Source: Hemiscyllium ocellatum (lineage: Eukaryota). From it: a stretch of DNA of 64,000 bases. Below, piece by piece: positions 11,961-25,079 of this stretch (position 1 is its first letter; each line of letters begins with the position of its first letter). The position numbers were made by a program, and so were the translations under genes. Under the pieces are notes generated by a model. That model ran no database searches, had not been told where the DNA came from, and was given only the letters and a program-made list of their open reading frames with translations. Location: contig NC_083401.1 of NCBI RefSeq assembly GCF_020745735.1, forward strand, positions 49,907,740-49,971,739, in the 5' to 3' direction.

Positions 11961-13687
11961 ACAAATGTTAACAAATGTCTACTAAAGAATCAATCGCAGC
12001 ACTGTGGAGGGAAGATATATTTAAGTAAGCATCAAATGAGATTGGTTGAGGTCAGAAGCAAAAAAAAGCAGCAGCCACGATCACCGTTTTTTACATAAAT
12101 TTATTCAATGTCTTCTTGTGTTAACATCTGCTGATGTAACACTTGATTCAAAACATGAGATTATTTTATTCAAAAATAACATAAATTCTTGGTTCAAAAT
12201 AACAGTCACAATCTGACTCTTTTTGTTCAATCGGTCCAGCCAATTGATACATTGAGTTAACTTTGACTATTGCCACAATCCTAGGAGGTAGACTGCTTTG
12301 TGTTTGTGAGCAGGATTTTGTGGATATTGCTTCACTAAATAGTCCGAATGGGACGTTCCCAGGATCAAAGATCCTCAGGAAGAAATCCCTTCTATTGAAC
12401 ACTGCTGGCCAATCAGATGATGATAGAGCTCTTCTACATGGCAGTGGAATAGGGCAAGCAGTGACTATTGCCTGAATGGCCCCTACAGGAGTCTCAAAAT
12501 AGAAGATCAATCTAAGCCACGGGTAAGTGTGAGAAGGGGAGCTTTTATCTGGCGAGGACTGTGTGGAGAAAATGTTGAGGATTGGCAGGTCTGAGCAAGG
12601 GCAGAAGAATGCCCCACCTTTCTAATGTCATGGCCTTTTATCCAACGTAAAAGTCCATTTGAATGAGAAACCCCAACATGAGATACAAATAAGACAGCAG
12701 TTTTACCTGTCATAAACACCATGTGTCAATAGGATCGCCCATCACTGGGTCAATGAAACCTGAAGATATCTATGAGTTAACAATACTCAAGCTAGTTCAT
12801 TACCTCTTTATTTCCCTTTAGTTTTTGATTCCTTTTGCTACTGCACAATATCTTTAAAACATAATTGCCTGCAGAAAATTGTGTAATGTTGTACATCAGG
12901 TGAGAGAGTCAGGTTACCTGTGGTGTCTTCTTATAACTTAATTGTTTGTCAAAACACAATACTGAAGACTGAACAAAAACTGAAATTGATTACAGTACTG
13001 GAGAGTGGTCTTGGCTGAAGACCTGAATCTCCAGATGAGGTAGGCTGAGAAAGAAAGGGAGAACATTGTATAAAGAAGGTTGTGATTACGATTTACTTCA
13101 GAATATTTGAAGAATTACCATTTTGTTTTCAAAAGGTTGAAAAATAACACCTGTAACTTACAGTTGATTAATTTGTGAAGCACAGCTGCATTATCTCACA
13201 GTTCATAAGCCAATGAGGGTGGGAGCTGTTCCTCCTGGAACAGGATGTAGTGACTGTATCAGAGGGGGCACAGTTATCATCAGCTCTCCTTAACATTCTT
13301 TCCAGAAAAGTCATTAATTGAGGGATTCTGCACAATTAGAGATTAGCCTCCCAGCAAGTCAGATGCTTTGGGAATGATAATTATATTTCTCCTGATATAA
13401 TTTTATGCTGGCTGCGAGCAAAATTTATTCCTTGCTCCATGTTTTCTTATCCTGCTTCCACCCTGTGCCTGGTTACCCTAAGCGGCAGAACCCAGGCTGA
13501 AAGGTGGTGAATGTGGCTCATACAGATTCTGAGCTGGAGTACGCTGCAGACCATATTGATATAGAAACCAAAACTGGCATCTGCTCAAGTGGCTGGGCTT
13601 ACGGAATTTTCATAGAGGAACAGAGACTTCTTTAGATCTGCTTTCATATTTGATAAGATTATAGCTGAAGACGCTAATTTTCTTCTT

Positions 13688-14205
13688 GAACCACCCCTGG
13701 CTCAACACTTCAACTCCCCCTCCCACTCCACCAAGGACATGCAGATTCTTGGATTCCTCCATCGCCAGACCATAGCAACACGACGGCTGGAGGAAGAGCA
13801 CCTCATCTTCCGCTTAGGAACCCTCCAACCACAAGGGATGAACTCAGATTTCTCCAGTTTCCTCATTTCCCCTCCCACCACCTTGTCTCAGTCCCAACCC
13901 TTGAACTCAGCACCACCTTCCTAACCTGCAATCTTCTTCCTGACCTCTCCGCCCCCAACCCCACTCCAGCCTATCACCCTCACCTTTACTTCTTTCCACC
14001 TATCGCATTTCCAACACCCCTCCCCCAAGTCCCTCCTCCCTACCTTTTATCTTAACCTGCATGGCACACTTTCCTCATTCCTGAAGAAGGGCCCATGCCC
14101 GAAATATCGATTCTCCTGTTCCTTGGATGCTGCCTGACCTGCTGCGCTTTTCCAGCAACACATTTTCAGCTCTGATCTCCAGCATCTGCAGTCCTCACTT
14201 TCTCC
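13688..14205 (+). mobile_element. PLE family A (Neptune-like) 3' fragment
   Basis: 'HFNSPSHSTKDMQILG...RRLEEEHLIFRLGTLQPQGMN' (GIY-YIG C-terminus), C-rich UTR, hammerhead, CTCACTTTCTCC end. Confidence 0.85.
14077..14112 (+). ncRNA. Minimal hammerhead ribozyme motif
   Basis: ATTC-CTGAAGA-A-GGGC-CCAT-GCCC-GAAA-TATC^GATT. Confidence 0.7.
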
Positions 14206-14974
14206 AGGGACAAGATAGTGCTAGTAAACCAGCACGCTGGACAGCAGCACAACTTTAACATTCAGCCACCTCAGCAACTGTCTCAGCATCACCTAAAAAG
14301 CCCGCTCCAAGTTTTCAGCCAGCCAAAAAAGGCAACCCGAATGCTATTTGCTCACGTACTTTAATTAGTCATTATGTTATTCCCACAGGACCTGAGCTGT
14401 TGTCAAAGATCTGAGGTCTTGTGTTTTTGCCAAATTACAATTGAGCTTCTAAAATAATTTTGAAGTATGGTGCCCCAGTGCTGTTGAACTGCTTTCCTGA
14501 CCGGAATGCGAGCTACAAATGAAAGTTCCATCTAACCAATAGCAGTCATCTTGAAATCTCAAACGACTTTGAGGATTGCACCTACTCAATCCCTGTAAGC
14601 ACAAAAATGAACAATCAGCCAACAGTGCAATACTAATTGCTCCCCCATCCCGCCCCCTGCCCAACAGCCATTACTTCACTTAGTATTTATGTTTTTATAA
14701 CACTCACCATTTTTATGATGTCTGCCAAAACATTGTAAAATCGTTTATTACTGAATTTGAGAATTTCCCAATGTTCCTACCATTTAATATTTTTTCATTC
14801 TGGTCTATATCAGGTTGTTTCACTTCCCTGTATTCAGGCCTTTCCTTTCTCTCTATCAGTAATTTTGAAAAATAAAAAATCTGTGTTTTGATTTCCGTAA
14901 GTACTCACCAGGAAAAGTGTACTTGTTTCTCAATCATAGCAGTACAACAAAAGCATAAACATACAGGTATTTCC

Positions 14975-17972
14975 CCCATATAGGGGGAAATTCACTCAGG
15001 CTATTGGGGTGGGTTTAAACTAATCCAGCAGGGGGATGGGAACCAAAATTGTTGTTCGAGTATAGAAAAGGTTGAGAGTAGGGAGGTCCGAAATCAAGTT
15101 TCAGGGACGCAAGATGGCACCGGCAAGCAAGAAGTTGGTTTGAAGTGTGTCTACTTCAATGCCAGGAGCATCTGGAATAAGGTGGGTGAACTTGCAGCAT
15201 GGGTTGGTACCTGGGACGTTGATGTTGCGGCCATTTTGGAGACATGGATAGAGCAGAGACAGGAATCGTTGTTGCAGGTTCCAGGATTTAGATGTTTCAA
15301 TAAGAACAGAGAAGATGATAAAAGAGGTAGAGGTGTGGCATTGTTGGTCAAGGACAGTATTACAGTTGCAGAAAGGATGGTTGGGGATTCGTTAACTGAA
15401 GTAGTATGGGCTGAGGGTAGAAACAGGAAAGGAGAGGTCACCCTGTTGGGAGGTTTCTTTAGGCCTTTGAATAGTTCCAGAGTTGTAGAGGAAAGGATAG
15501 CAAAGATGATTCTCAATAGGAGTAAGAGAGACAGGGTAGTTGTCATGCGGGACTTCAACTTTCCAAATATTGACTGGGAACACTATAGTACGAGTACTAT
15601 AGATGGGTCAGTTTTTGTCCAGTGTGTGCAGGAGGGCTTCCTGACACAGTATGTAGACAGGCCAACAAGGGGCGAAGCCACATTAGATTAGGTACTGGAT
15701 AATGAGCCCGGCCAGGTGTTAGACTCGGAAGTAGGTGAGCACTTTGGCAATTGCTATCATAATTCTGTTATGTTTACTTTAGTGATAGAAAGGGATAGAT
15801 GTACACCACTAGGCAAGAGTTACAACAGGGGGGAAAAGCAATTATGATGCGATTAGGCAAGATTTCAGAAGCATAGGATGGGGAAGGAAACTGCAGGGGA
15901 TGGGCACATTAGAAATGTGGAGCTTATTCAAGGAAAAGCTCCTGTGTGACCTAGATAAGTATGTACTTGTCAGGCAGGGAGGAAGCTGTGGAGCGTGGGA
16001 CCTGTGGTTTACGAAGGAAGTGGAATCTCTGGTCAAGAAGAAGAAGAAGAAGGCTTATGTTAGGATGAGATGTGAAGGTTCAGTTAGGGTGCTTGAGGAT
16101 TACAAGGCAGCCAGGAAAGACCTAGACAGAGCTCAGAAGAGCCAGGAGGAGACATGAGAAGTTGTTGACAGATAGGATCAGGGAAAAATCCTAAGGCTTT
16201 CTATAGGTATTTAAGGAATAAAAGAATGACGAGAGTAAGATTAGGGCCAATCAAGGATAGTAGTGGGAAGTTGTGTGTGGAGTCAGAGGAGATGGGGAAG
16301 CACAAAATGAATACTTTTCAACAGTATTCACTCTAGAAAATTACAATGTTGCTGAGTAGATACAGGCTACTAGACTAGGTGGGATTGAGGTTCACAAGGA
16401 AGAATTATTAGAATCCTGCAGAGTGTGAAAATAGATATGTCCCCTGGGCCGGATGGGATTTATCCAAAGATCCTCTGGGAAGCCCGGGAGGAGATTGCCG
16501 AGCCTTTGACATTGATCTTTAAATCGTCATTGTCTACAGGAATAGTGCCAGAAGACTGGAGGATAGCAAATGTGGTTCCCTTGTTCAAGAAGGGGTGTAG
16601 AGACAACCCTGGTAATTATAGACCAGTGAGCCTTACATCTGTTGTTAGTAAAGTGTTGGAAAAGGTTATAAATGATAGGATTTATAATCATCTAGAAAAG
16701 AATAATTTGATTAGGGATAGTCAGCACGGTTTTGTGAAGGGTAAGTCATGCCTCACAAAACTTATTGAGTTCTTTGAGAAGGTGACCAAACAGGGAGATG
16801 AGAGTAAACCGGTTGATGTGATGTATATGGATTTCAGCAAGGAGTTCGAAGATTCCCCACAGTAGACTATTGAATAAAATGCAGAGGAATGGGATTGTAG
16901 GAGATATAACAGTCTGGTTCATTAATTGGCTTGCTGAAAGAAGACAAAGGGTGGTGTTTAATGGGAAATATTCATCCTGGAGTCCAGTTACCAGTGGTGT
17001 ACTAGTGGATCGGTGTTGGGTCCACTGCTGTTCGTCATTTTTATAAACCACCTGGATGAGGGCGTAGAAGGGTGGGTTAGTAAATTTGCAGACGACACTA
17101 AGGTCGGTGGAGTTGTGGATACTGACAAAGGATGTTGTAGGTTACAGAGAGACATAGATAAGTTGCAGAGTTGGGCTGAGACGTGGCAAATGGAGTTTAA
17201 TGCAGATAAGTGTGAGGTGATTCACTTTGGTCGGAGTAACCGGAATGCAAAGTACTGGGCTAATAGTAAGATTCTTGGTAGTGTAAATGAGCAGAGAAAT
17301 CTCGGTGTCCATGTACACAGATCCTTGAAAGTTGCCACCCAGGTTGACAGGATTGTTAAGAAGGCATACATTGTTTTAGCTTTTATTAATAGAGGGATCG
17401 AGTTCCAGATCCATGAGGTTATGCTGCAGCTGTACAAAACTCTGGTGCGGCCACACTTGGAGTATTGTGTACAGTCTGGTCAGAACACTATAAGAAGGAT
17501 GTGGAAGCTTTGGAAAGGATGCAGAGGAGATTTACTAGGATGTTGCCTTATGAAGTCTTATGAGGAAAGGCTGAGGGACTTGAGGCTGTTTTCGTTAGAG
17601 AGAAGAAGGTTGAGAGGTGACTTAATTGAGACACATAAGATAATCAGAGGGTTAGACAGGGTGGACAGGCAGATCCTTTTTCCAAGTATGGTGATGGCTA
17701 GCACAAGGGGGCATAGCTTTAAATTGAGGGGTGATAGATATAGGACAGATGTCAGAGGCAGTCTCTTTACTCAGAGAGTAGTAAGGGTATGGAATGCTTT
17801 GCCTGCAATGGTAGTAGATTCGCCAACTTTAAGTACATTTAAGTCGTCATTGGACAAGCATATGGAAATACATGGAATAGTGTAGGTTAGATGGGCTTCA
17901 GATTTGTAAGACAGGTCGGCGCAACATCGAGGGCCGAAGGGCCTGGACTGCGCTGTAATGTTCTATGTTCTA
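14975..17972 (+). mobile_element. CR1 LINE with near-complete but disrupted ORF2 (APE endonuclease + reverse transcriptase)
   Basis: 'YFNARSI', 'ETW', 'DFN', 'SPGPDGI', 'NYRPVSLTS', 'QHGF', 'FADDTK', 'RVWNALP' across ORFs 15140-17885 with stops and frameshifts; (GTTCTAT)n tail. Confidence 0.95.
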
Positions 17973-18294
17973 TTTTCGCATGCAACCCTGGTAGACAGTG
18001 AATGTGTATCCTTCTGTGTTGGAAACATATCACCTAATTGTGATCCTCCTCGAGGTTAATAATTTTGAGGAAAGAAATTTTGAACTTATACTGATTGACT
18101 CACTGAATGGATTATGCTGGCAAGATTTCAAGTTTTAAGACTTAGACTGCAACAATCAAACTGAAAGCAACACTGACAAACTATTATTTCTGTAGCGAAT
18201 TTATAATGAATACAACAGAAAGCTTTCCCTATTTAACTTTTAAAATGAATGAAAATCTCTATCCATGGTTATTCTTCACTCAGTCCTCTCTGCT

Positions 18295-19438
18295 CTATTC
18301 CAAGTCAGCACAGTATGTATCCCTTGCTCCCAGTTCATCCACCCCTGCCATATCTGCTCTCAGGATGAGCGATTCTACTCCAGGACATCCCAGATGTCCT
18401 CTTACTTTGAGGATCGTAATTTCCCCTTCTCTGTGATCAACAATGCCCTCAATCACATCTCCTCCATTTTCTGCACCCCACCCCTCCAACCACAATAAGG
18501 ACAGAATCCCCCTTGGTCATCACATTCCAGCCCCTAATCTCCAAATCCAGTATATCATGCTCCACCATTTTCGCCACTTATAGTCAGACCAAATATATTT
18601 CCCTTCCCACCCCTATCTTCATTGCATAGGGACCATTCCCTCCTTGACTCCCTCATTAGGTCCACACGCCCCACCAACCCCCTCTCCACATCTGGCACCT
18701 CCCCCCACCACTGTACAGGGTGCAAATCCTGCAATCACACCTCACCCTCACCTCTGTCCAAGGCCCCAAAGGATCATTCCAAATCTGTCAGAGATTTACT
18801 TGCATATCCTTGAACCTCATTTACTGCATCCGTTGCTGTCAATGTAGTCTCCTCAACATCGGAAAGACTGAGCACAAACTTGCAGAACAGTTCAGCGAAC
18901 ATCTCTGGTCTGTATGCACCAAACAACACCCCCCACTCCCTTCCTGTGGCCATCCACTTTAATTCCCCTTCCCACTCCCCTAAGAACATATCTATTCTGG
19001 GCCTCCTCTACTGCCTACACAAGGCCACCTGCAAACTGGATGAGGAACACCTCATCTTCCCTCTCGGGAACCTACAACCACATAGCCTCAACATTGAATT
19101 CACCAGTTTCCAAATCTCCCCTCCCAATAACCCATCCCAGATCCAGCCCTCCAACTCAGTGCTGCCCTCAAACCTGACCCCCCTGTCCATCTTCCTTCCC
19201 ACCTGTCTGCTTCCCACTTCCCACTGACCTATCACAATCACCCCTACCTTCGTCCAGCTATCGCCATCCCAACTACCTTTTCACTGGTCCCACCCCCTTC
19301 CCTTCCTTATTTCTCAGCTGCCTTATCCCTCCCTGATGAAGGGTTATGCCTGAAACATCGACTTTCTTGCTGCTGAGATGCTGCCTGACCTGCTGCACCA
19401 CACTTTATCGACTCTGAATCTCCAGCATCTGCAGTCCA
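18295..19438 (+). mobile_element. PLE family A (Neptune-like), RT thumb-linker-GIY-YIG and terminus, disrupted
   Basis: 'CTGCKSCNH' Cys linker, 'FTCISLNLIYCIRCCQCSLLNIGKT..L..QFSEH', 'LDEEHLIFPLGNLQP'; hammerhead CTGATGAAGGGTTATGCCTGAAACATCG at 19333-19360. Confidence 0.9.
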
Positions 19439-19449
19439 ACTGGCTCATA

Positions 19450-19860
19450 CTAGGTAGCCTTTCAGGTGGTGGTGTTCCCATATTTATTTCTCAATGGAAG
19501 TGATCATGTATTTGGAAGGTGCTGTCAAAGGAGCTTTGGAGAACTTTTCAGTGGATGTCAGTGGTGAACAAAATGGATAATTGTGGATCTGGTGCGAATC
19601 AAGTGTGTTGGTGTAATGCTTCCTGAGTGTTGTTGGAGTTGTACTCTTCCAGTTAATTGGGAAGTATTATATTAATCCTGACTGGTGCTTTACAGATGGT
19701 TGATGGGTGTTTGGAAGTCAGGGGGTGAGTCACCCGTTTCAGATTCCTAGCCTGTAACATTCTCAGTAGCCACAGTATCTATATGGCTGGTCCAGTTTAG
19801 CTTCTGGTCAATGGAAACCACTGCAAGATGTTAATAGTAGGTATTCCAAGGTAATTTAAT
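19450..19860 (-). mobile_element. Second-family LINE fragment
   Basis: Reverse complement resembles 42650-43060 (CTGGACCAGCCATATA...ACTGTGGCTAC). Confidence 0.55.
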
Positions 19861-19869
19861 GTAAAGATC

Positions 19870-20460
19870 CTTGGCAACCTCTTGAACTTAAATTCAATTA
19901 ATAATTTTGAACTTGAAGACTGGGTGAATAGAAAGCTGTTATTCCCAATTGTCTTGAATGCCCATTTTGCTCAGGAATATCCTTTAGGGTAGGAAATCTG
20001 ACATCCTTACCTGATTAAGATTAGATAGACATTAGATTCCCTATAGTGTGGAAACAGGCCGTTTGGCCCAACAGGTCCATACTGACCCTTCGAACAGAAA
20101 CCCACCCAGACCATTCCCCTCTAACTAATGCACCTAACACTACGGGCAACTTAGCATGGCCAATTCACCTGACCTGCACATCTTTGGGCTGTTGGACGAA
20201 ACCGGGATACCCGAAGGAAACCCACGCAGACACGGAGAGAATGTGCAAACTCCACACAGACAGTCGCCCAAAATTAGAATCAAACCTGGGTCCCTGGTGC
20301 TGTGAGGCAGCAGTGCTAACCACTGAGCCATCGTATATGATTCCAGACCCATAGTGATATCATTGACTCTTAACCGTCTTCTTAAATAGTCTAAGAGGCA
20401 ACTGTGAATCAACAACAAATGTTGGTTTTGCTAATGACAATCACATCCCACATTAGAACA
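19870..20460 (+). mobile_element. tRNA-type SINE (second-LINE partner) interrupted by an HE1
   Basis: TCCTTTAGGGTAGGAAATCTGACATCCTTACCTG resumes after the HE1 as TGATTCCAGACCCATAG...GACTCTTAAC. Confidence 0.55.
20018..20334 (-). mobile_element. HE1-type V-SINE
   Basis: tRNA head TGGCTCAGTGGTTAGCAC, V-domain GAGTTTGCACATTCTC..GTGTCTGCGTGGGTTTCC, CR1-like tail with TAATC repeats. Confidence 0.9.
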
Positions 20461-20927
20461 AAAAATAAAATGGAAAAGACCACTGTGTCCAGTTGACTGC
20501 AAAATTTCAAAAAGTATCAACATTTGCACTCCTTAATCACTTTAACCAATAAAACAACTTCCAGCTCTTCTTTTTTGCTTACATTTGTCTCCTCAGTTAT
20601 CTCTCCAGACAAATTGATTTATTAGCTTGCAAGTAACTACTAGACATTTAGTAGATTAATATTAATATTAATGTGCTATCTTAACCTAGGTGCTAACCTA
20701 TTTTAAGTAAATTAAGTGTGATCAGAAGAATGTTATATGGAGTTACAAAGGGAGTGAAATTGGTGTTGACTTGCAGTATGCAATGGAGATGGCAGATCAC
20801 CTCTTTTAGGCTAGGGAAAGGGACAGATTAGAATTGTCTGGATATGCAATGGAAATGTGAGATCATAAGAATATTGTGGTATATTGTTTTGTCACCTTTG
20901 GGACCAGGCAGTATTTAACAGAATGTA

Positions 20928-21465
20928 GAACAGAAGTTGCTGGATGAACCCAGTAGATTTGGCAGCATCTGTGGTGAGAAATCAACATTAATGCTTCAAG
21001 TCTTTTGACTCATTCAGAAGTAATATCATCCATGAAAAAGTGGGACTTATGCTGATGCCAGCGTATTTAGTGATGGCGGTTGGCGAGGTGAGGTGGGTGG
21101 AGGTGGGAGAGAATGGGTAGGTGGAGACTGGACCCAGAGAGAGAGTGAGGAGAGATAAAAGATAGGTGAACAAAGGGATTGTTTATAGTAAGTCAGGGAA
21201 GAAGAAAAGCCAGATAGATGAAAATGGAGACAATGAGGAGGTGAAAATGAGCTTGCTGTGCTGAAAGCAACCCACATTTCAAATTAAAACCAAAATAAAT
21301 ATGGATGCTGGAAATCAGAAACAAAAACAGAAATTGCTGGAAAAACTCAGCAGCAAGTTGCATTCTGAAGAAGGGCTTTGGACACAAAACACTAATTCTG
21401 ATTTATTTCTAAAGATGCTGTCGGATCTGCTGAGCTTTTCTAGCAACTATTGTTTTTGTTCCATG
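20928..21465. mobile_element. PLE family D terminal pieces, including fold-back 21320-21460
   Basis: Arms 21320-21353 and 21427-21460 are inverted; degenerate core CTGAAGA at 21365; minus-strand terminus and GA-rich UTR at 20928-21275. Confidence 0.6.
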
Positions 21466-23054
21466 TTTCAAATTGCCAGCTTCCACAGTTCTCTGTTTTA
21501 TTTCAGTATTTGGCAGAACACTCCTTCAGGAGAATAGAGGAGACAATAGCAAGGTCAATTGAAAATGTTCGTGGTCAAATGTTCTTTCTTATTGCATGCT
21601 TTTCTTATATTGTTAAAATGTTCCATAAAACACAAATTGAAAACACATTCGACAAACAGGACTACAACATTGGATGTGTTTACTTTAGCAACTTCTACTA
21701 ATCTTTTCCAAACATTTAATGCATTTTAGTCAACACAGTAGCATTGAGAGGGACATTTTAGTTGATATTGTTAATGCATGCCTATTGAAGCTATGAATTT
21801 TTTTGCTTGCTTCATGCACAATGAAAACAATTTTCTTTGAAAACCTATGTCAGACATAGCTTCTGTCATCATCTTATTTTTACATTTGTTGAGGAGTAGG
21901 CTATAAATCTTTTAATCTAATAGGAACCTGAGAGGTAAAATAGTTCCATTAGACTCTTGTGTTTTTCACTGGACTGCGCACATTAATTTATGATGTCCTA
22001 GTCCTACTCCACCTCCCCTCCTGGGACAGCGAAATAAACCATAAATAAACTTAAGAACAGACAGTGAAGCAGAAATCAATCTATCATTGCTAACTTGCTG
22101 CATTCCATAGACGACATATTGTTCTGGAGCCATAATTCTATATGCTATATTTGATCTTTTGCGATTATGTATATCCTCTGTACAATCATTAACACAGTAG
22201 GAGATCTTAAACTCCTGTTGACACCAGTTGAAGACATAGAGATAGTGACAGCCTTCCTGTTGCAGCCCACGGCCCGCCTGATTAGTTTTTCAGATAGGCC
22301 TTTCAAAGGGCAATTAGCCCTCCTGTCCAAACAGGTAGGAGAGCTCATTACAAATGTGAATCAGCACCGTGCACCTTTTTTAGAAGACAATAGGGCTAAC
22401 CCTGTATTTACAAGGTCTCGTGGATACAGAATGGCCTGGAATCATGGATATTTCACGGGACCAGAGCGTTAGAATTCTTGATGCTGGACAGCTCATCCTC
22501 TGTTTTCATTTAATTTTTGTTCTTGACTTCAAGATTGACTTGAATTCTGGGGCTTGTTACATTGAACTGTGATAGAAGGGTGGCTTTGTAGGCAGCTGGA
22601 CATTAATTTTCATTTCTGATCCTGCACTTTGTTCTCATCACAGCTGATCAGATGGATAAGAGAAGGTACATTGATGGTCTTCTTCCCTTGATTTGACCCT
22701 GCGGTAGCTTATGTTAATTCTTCTCTTCAAGTAACCCATTACACAAACAAAAATCTAGAATACTTGTGTACACCTGAGGAGCTCAATAGACATGCTCAGG
22801 AATTTGGTGTGAGGGAACAAATGGTCATGTTTGCCTTAAATATATCCTTCAAGTATATATTGGTGGATTGGCTACCAATTTCAATTAGGGGTCTGATTTA
22901 CAAAGTGATGGAGTTGATTTGGAGGTAATTACTATGTAAGTGATATTGAGCTGAAAATCAGATCAAGGGATAGTGACTTTTGGAGACTTGTAAATAGGGA
23001 AAAATGTCCACTCCTTTCATCTAGTACTTTTAAAGTGAAAGCTTACTTTGACTC

Positions 23055-23512
23055 AATGAATCTCTTGAAAAGTGTAGGGACATTCTCAAGAGGGAAATCA
23101 AGAGGGCAACAAAAGGAGATGAAATAACCTTGGCAGACAAGGTTAAGGATAATACAAAAAGATTCTACAAGTATATTAAGAGCAAAAGAGTAACTAGAGA
23201 GACAGTAGGACTCCTTAAAGATCAACGAGGTTGTCTACATGTTGAATCACAGATGGGAGAGATATTAAATAATATTTCACATTAGAGAAATAAATAGTTA
23301 TGTTTTGAAAACAGTTTGCATTACAAAAGAGGAAGTGCTGGAAGTCTTAGAAAACATAAAGGTCAATAAATCTCCAGGACCTGATCAAGTACTGTGGGAA
23401 GTTAGGGAAGAAATTACAGGTCCCCAGCAGAATCATTTATATTATCTACAACTATGTGTGAGATGTAATGGACTGGAGGGTGGCTAATGTTGTGCCTTTA
23501 TTTAAGAAAATC
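23055..23512 (+). mobile_element. CR1 ORF2 internal fragment
   Basis: 'ITKEEVLEVLENIKVNKSPGPD', 'DWRVANVVPLFKK'. Confidence 0.8.
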
Positions 23513-23771
23513 TGTGTCACACTGAGACATGGTGAGTAGAGAACAAAATTAATAAACTATGTAAGCATATACACTTGGTACACCATTTAGATTTATACAG
23601 TAGTCAAAATAACTGTTCTATATTTTCTTTGGGGTAGATTCTAGATTCCACTTAAATTTAAAATGTTGCACACCACTCCTGTTTTTTTAAATGATAGCAG
23701 TCTTAAATATAATACAAACATATTTCCACATATAAATAAATTCTTTACACATATTCAGAATTGCCTTTTTA

Positions 23772-24212
23772 TCAGATTAAATTCCGTGCAGTGGGGAAAC
23801 AGGCCCTTCAGCCCAACCAGTCCACACTGACCCACAGAAGAGTAACCCACCCAGACCCATTTCCCTTTGACTAATGCACCTAACACTGTGGATAATTTAG
23901 CATGGAGGAGAAAGTGAGGTCTGCAGATGCTGGAGATCAGAGCTGAAAATGTGTTGCTGGAAAAGCGCAGCAGGTCAGGCAGCATCCAAGGAACAGGAAA
24001 TTCGACGAAGGGCTTATGCCCAAAACATCTAATTTCCTGTTCCTTGGATAATTTAGCATGGCCAATTCACCTAATCTGCACGTCTTTGCACTGTGGGAGG
24101 AAACTCACGCAGAGAATGTGCAAACTCCATACAGACAGTCATCCAAGGATGGAATCAAACCTTGGACCCTGGTGCTGTGAGGCAGCAATGCTAACCACCG
24201 AGCCACTGTACC
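23772..24212 (-). mobile_element. HE1-type V-SINE interrupted by a PLE fold-back
   Basis: Tail 23772-23905, body and head 24045-24212. Confidence 0.85.
23906..24044. mobile_element. PLE family A fold-back insertion with 17-bp direct duplication
   Basis: TGGATAATTTAGCATGG at 23889-23905 and 24045-24061; strand switch at ~24007. Confidence 0.85.
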
Positions 24213-24361
24213 ATCCTTTGTTTTATGTTTCATTTTACTAACAGTGCCTGTAACAGTCACTCAACCTTCAGGCTCAGGTAAGAACTTATACTGAGAAGTA
24301 ATTCACATTCCGTTATGTGCATGGTCATAATTTGAGTTTGAAATAGTCTATATTGAAGCTG

Positions 24362-24770
24362 TCCGTCTTGGCTCTGTGGGAGCACTCTCATGGATTCAAA
24401 TGGAATTCCACAAGTGAGAACCCAATCAGGACTGCTCCAGTACTGAGGGAATAATGCACTGAGTTGTCATTTTACAGATGAAACACTGTGCCATGGTCTC
24501 CAGCGTAGATGCAAAATAATCCACGAAATATTTGAAGAACAGTAGGGAGTTCTCCTTAATGTCCTGGTCAATATTTATGCTTCAGCTGAACATTACTAAA
24601 GCAGATTATATTGTTATTATTACATTGCTGTGTGTGTAAGCTTGCTGTGCGCAAATGTGCAATTTTATTTTCAATAGAACAACAGCAACTACACTTCAAA
24701 GATATATTTTTGCTGTAAATTGCTTTGGGATCCCCAGATCACAATGATATTTAAAGTCAAGTTCTTTCTT
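24362..24770 (+). mobile_element. Deu-SINE (SacSINE1-like)
   Basis: Deu domain GAAGAACAGTAGGGAGTTCTCC..TGTCCTGGTCAATATT..ACATTGCTG..GCTTGCTGTGCGCAAAT. Confidence 0.7.
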
Positions 24771-25079
24771 ATTGTTAATCATCCAAGGTAGTTATTTGTT
24801 TCCCCCTCAATGTCTTGCATCATTCAAATACTGCGATTGAATAGCTTCCTCAATTTTTGAAGAATTATCTCAAAAGCTTCAGGTAAATAGCCTTTGATAT
24901 AATAACACAAACTCTCCTGGTGGGAAATTCACTACAATGAAAATTGGATGAAAATAACAGCTGGACCAGAAATCAAAAATATATTGATAAATGTTAAATT
25001 TCAGATCTCCTCTTAATTATGTGGGACCCTGTTGATGAGATGAGTATAACCTTTGCATCGTTAAGTAGGAGTTAGTACC

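Larger units (their letters stand above)
12090..14592 (-). other. Cluster of exon-like non-repeat segments (possible 3' end of a decayed gene or lncRNA)
   Basis: Acceptors before 14592 (tttttgtgcttacag), 13044 (ccctttctttctcag) and 12759 (tatcttcag); donors near 13161 (gtaagt) and after 12918 (CAG|gtaacc); AATAAA at 12100-12105; frames contain stops and no product was recognised. Confidence 0.25.

Noticed and set aside
17013-17885. 290-aa ORF as an active or domesticated RT
   Set aside because: It is a fragment of a CR1 ORF2 with upstream stops and frameshifts.
20655-20672. Perfect palindrome ATTAATATTAATATTAAT
   Set aside because: Simple AT hexamer repeat.
22145-22700. Minus frame with five TGA codons, suggesting a selenoprotein
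   Set aside because: It also contains a TAA, the stop density is near random expectation, and no SECIS or known motif was seen.
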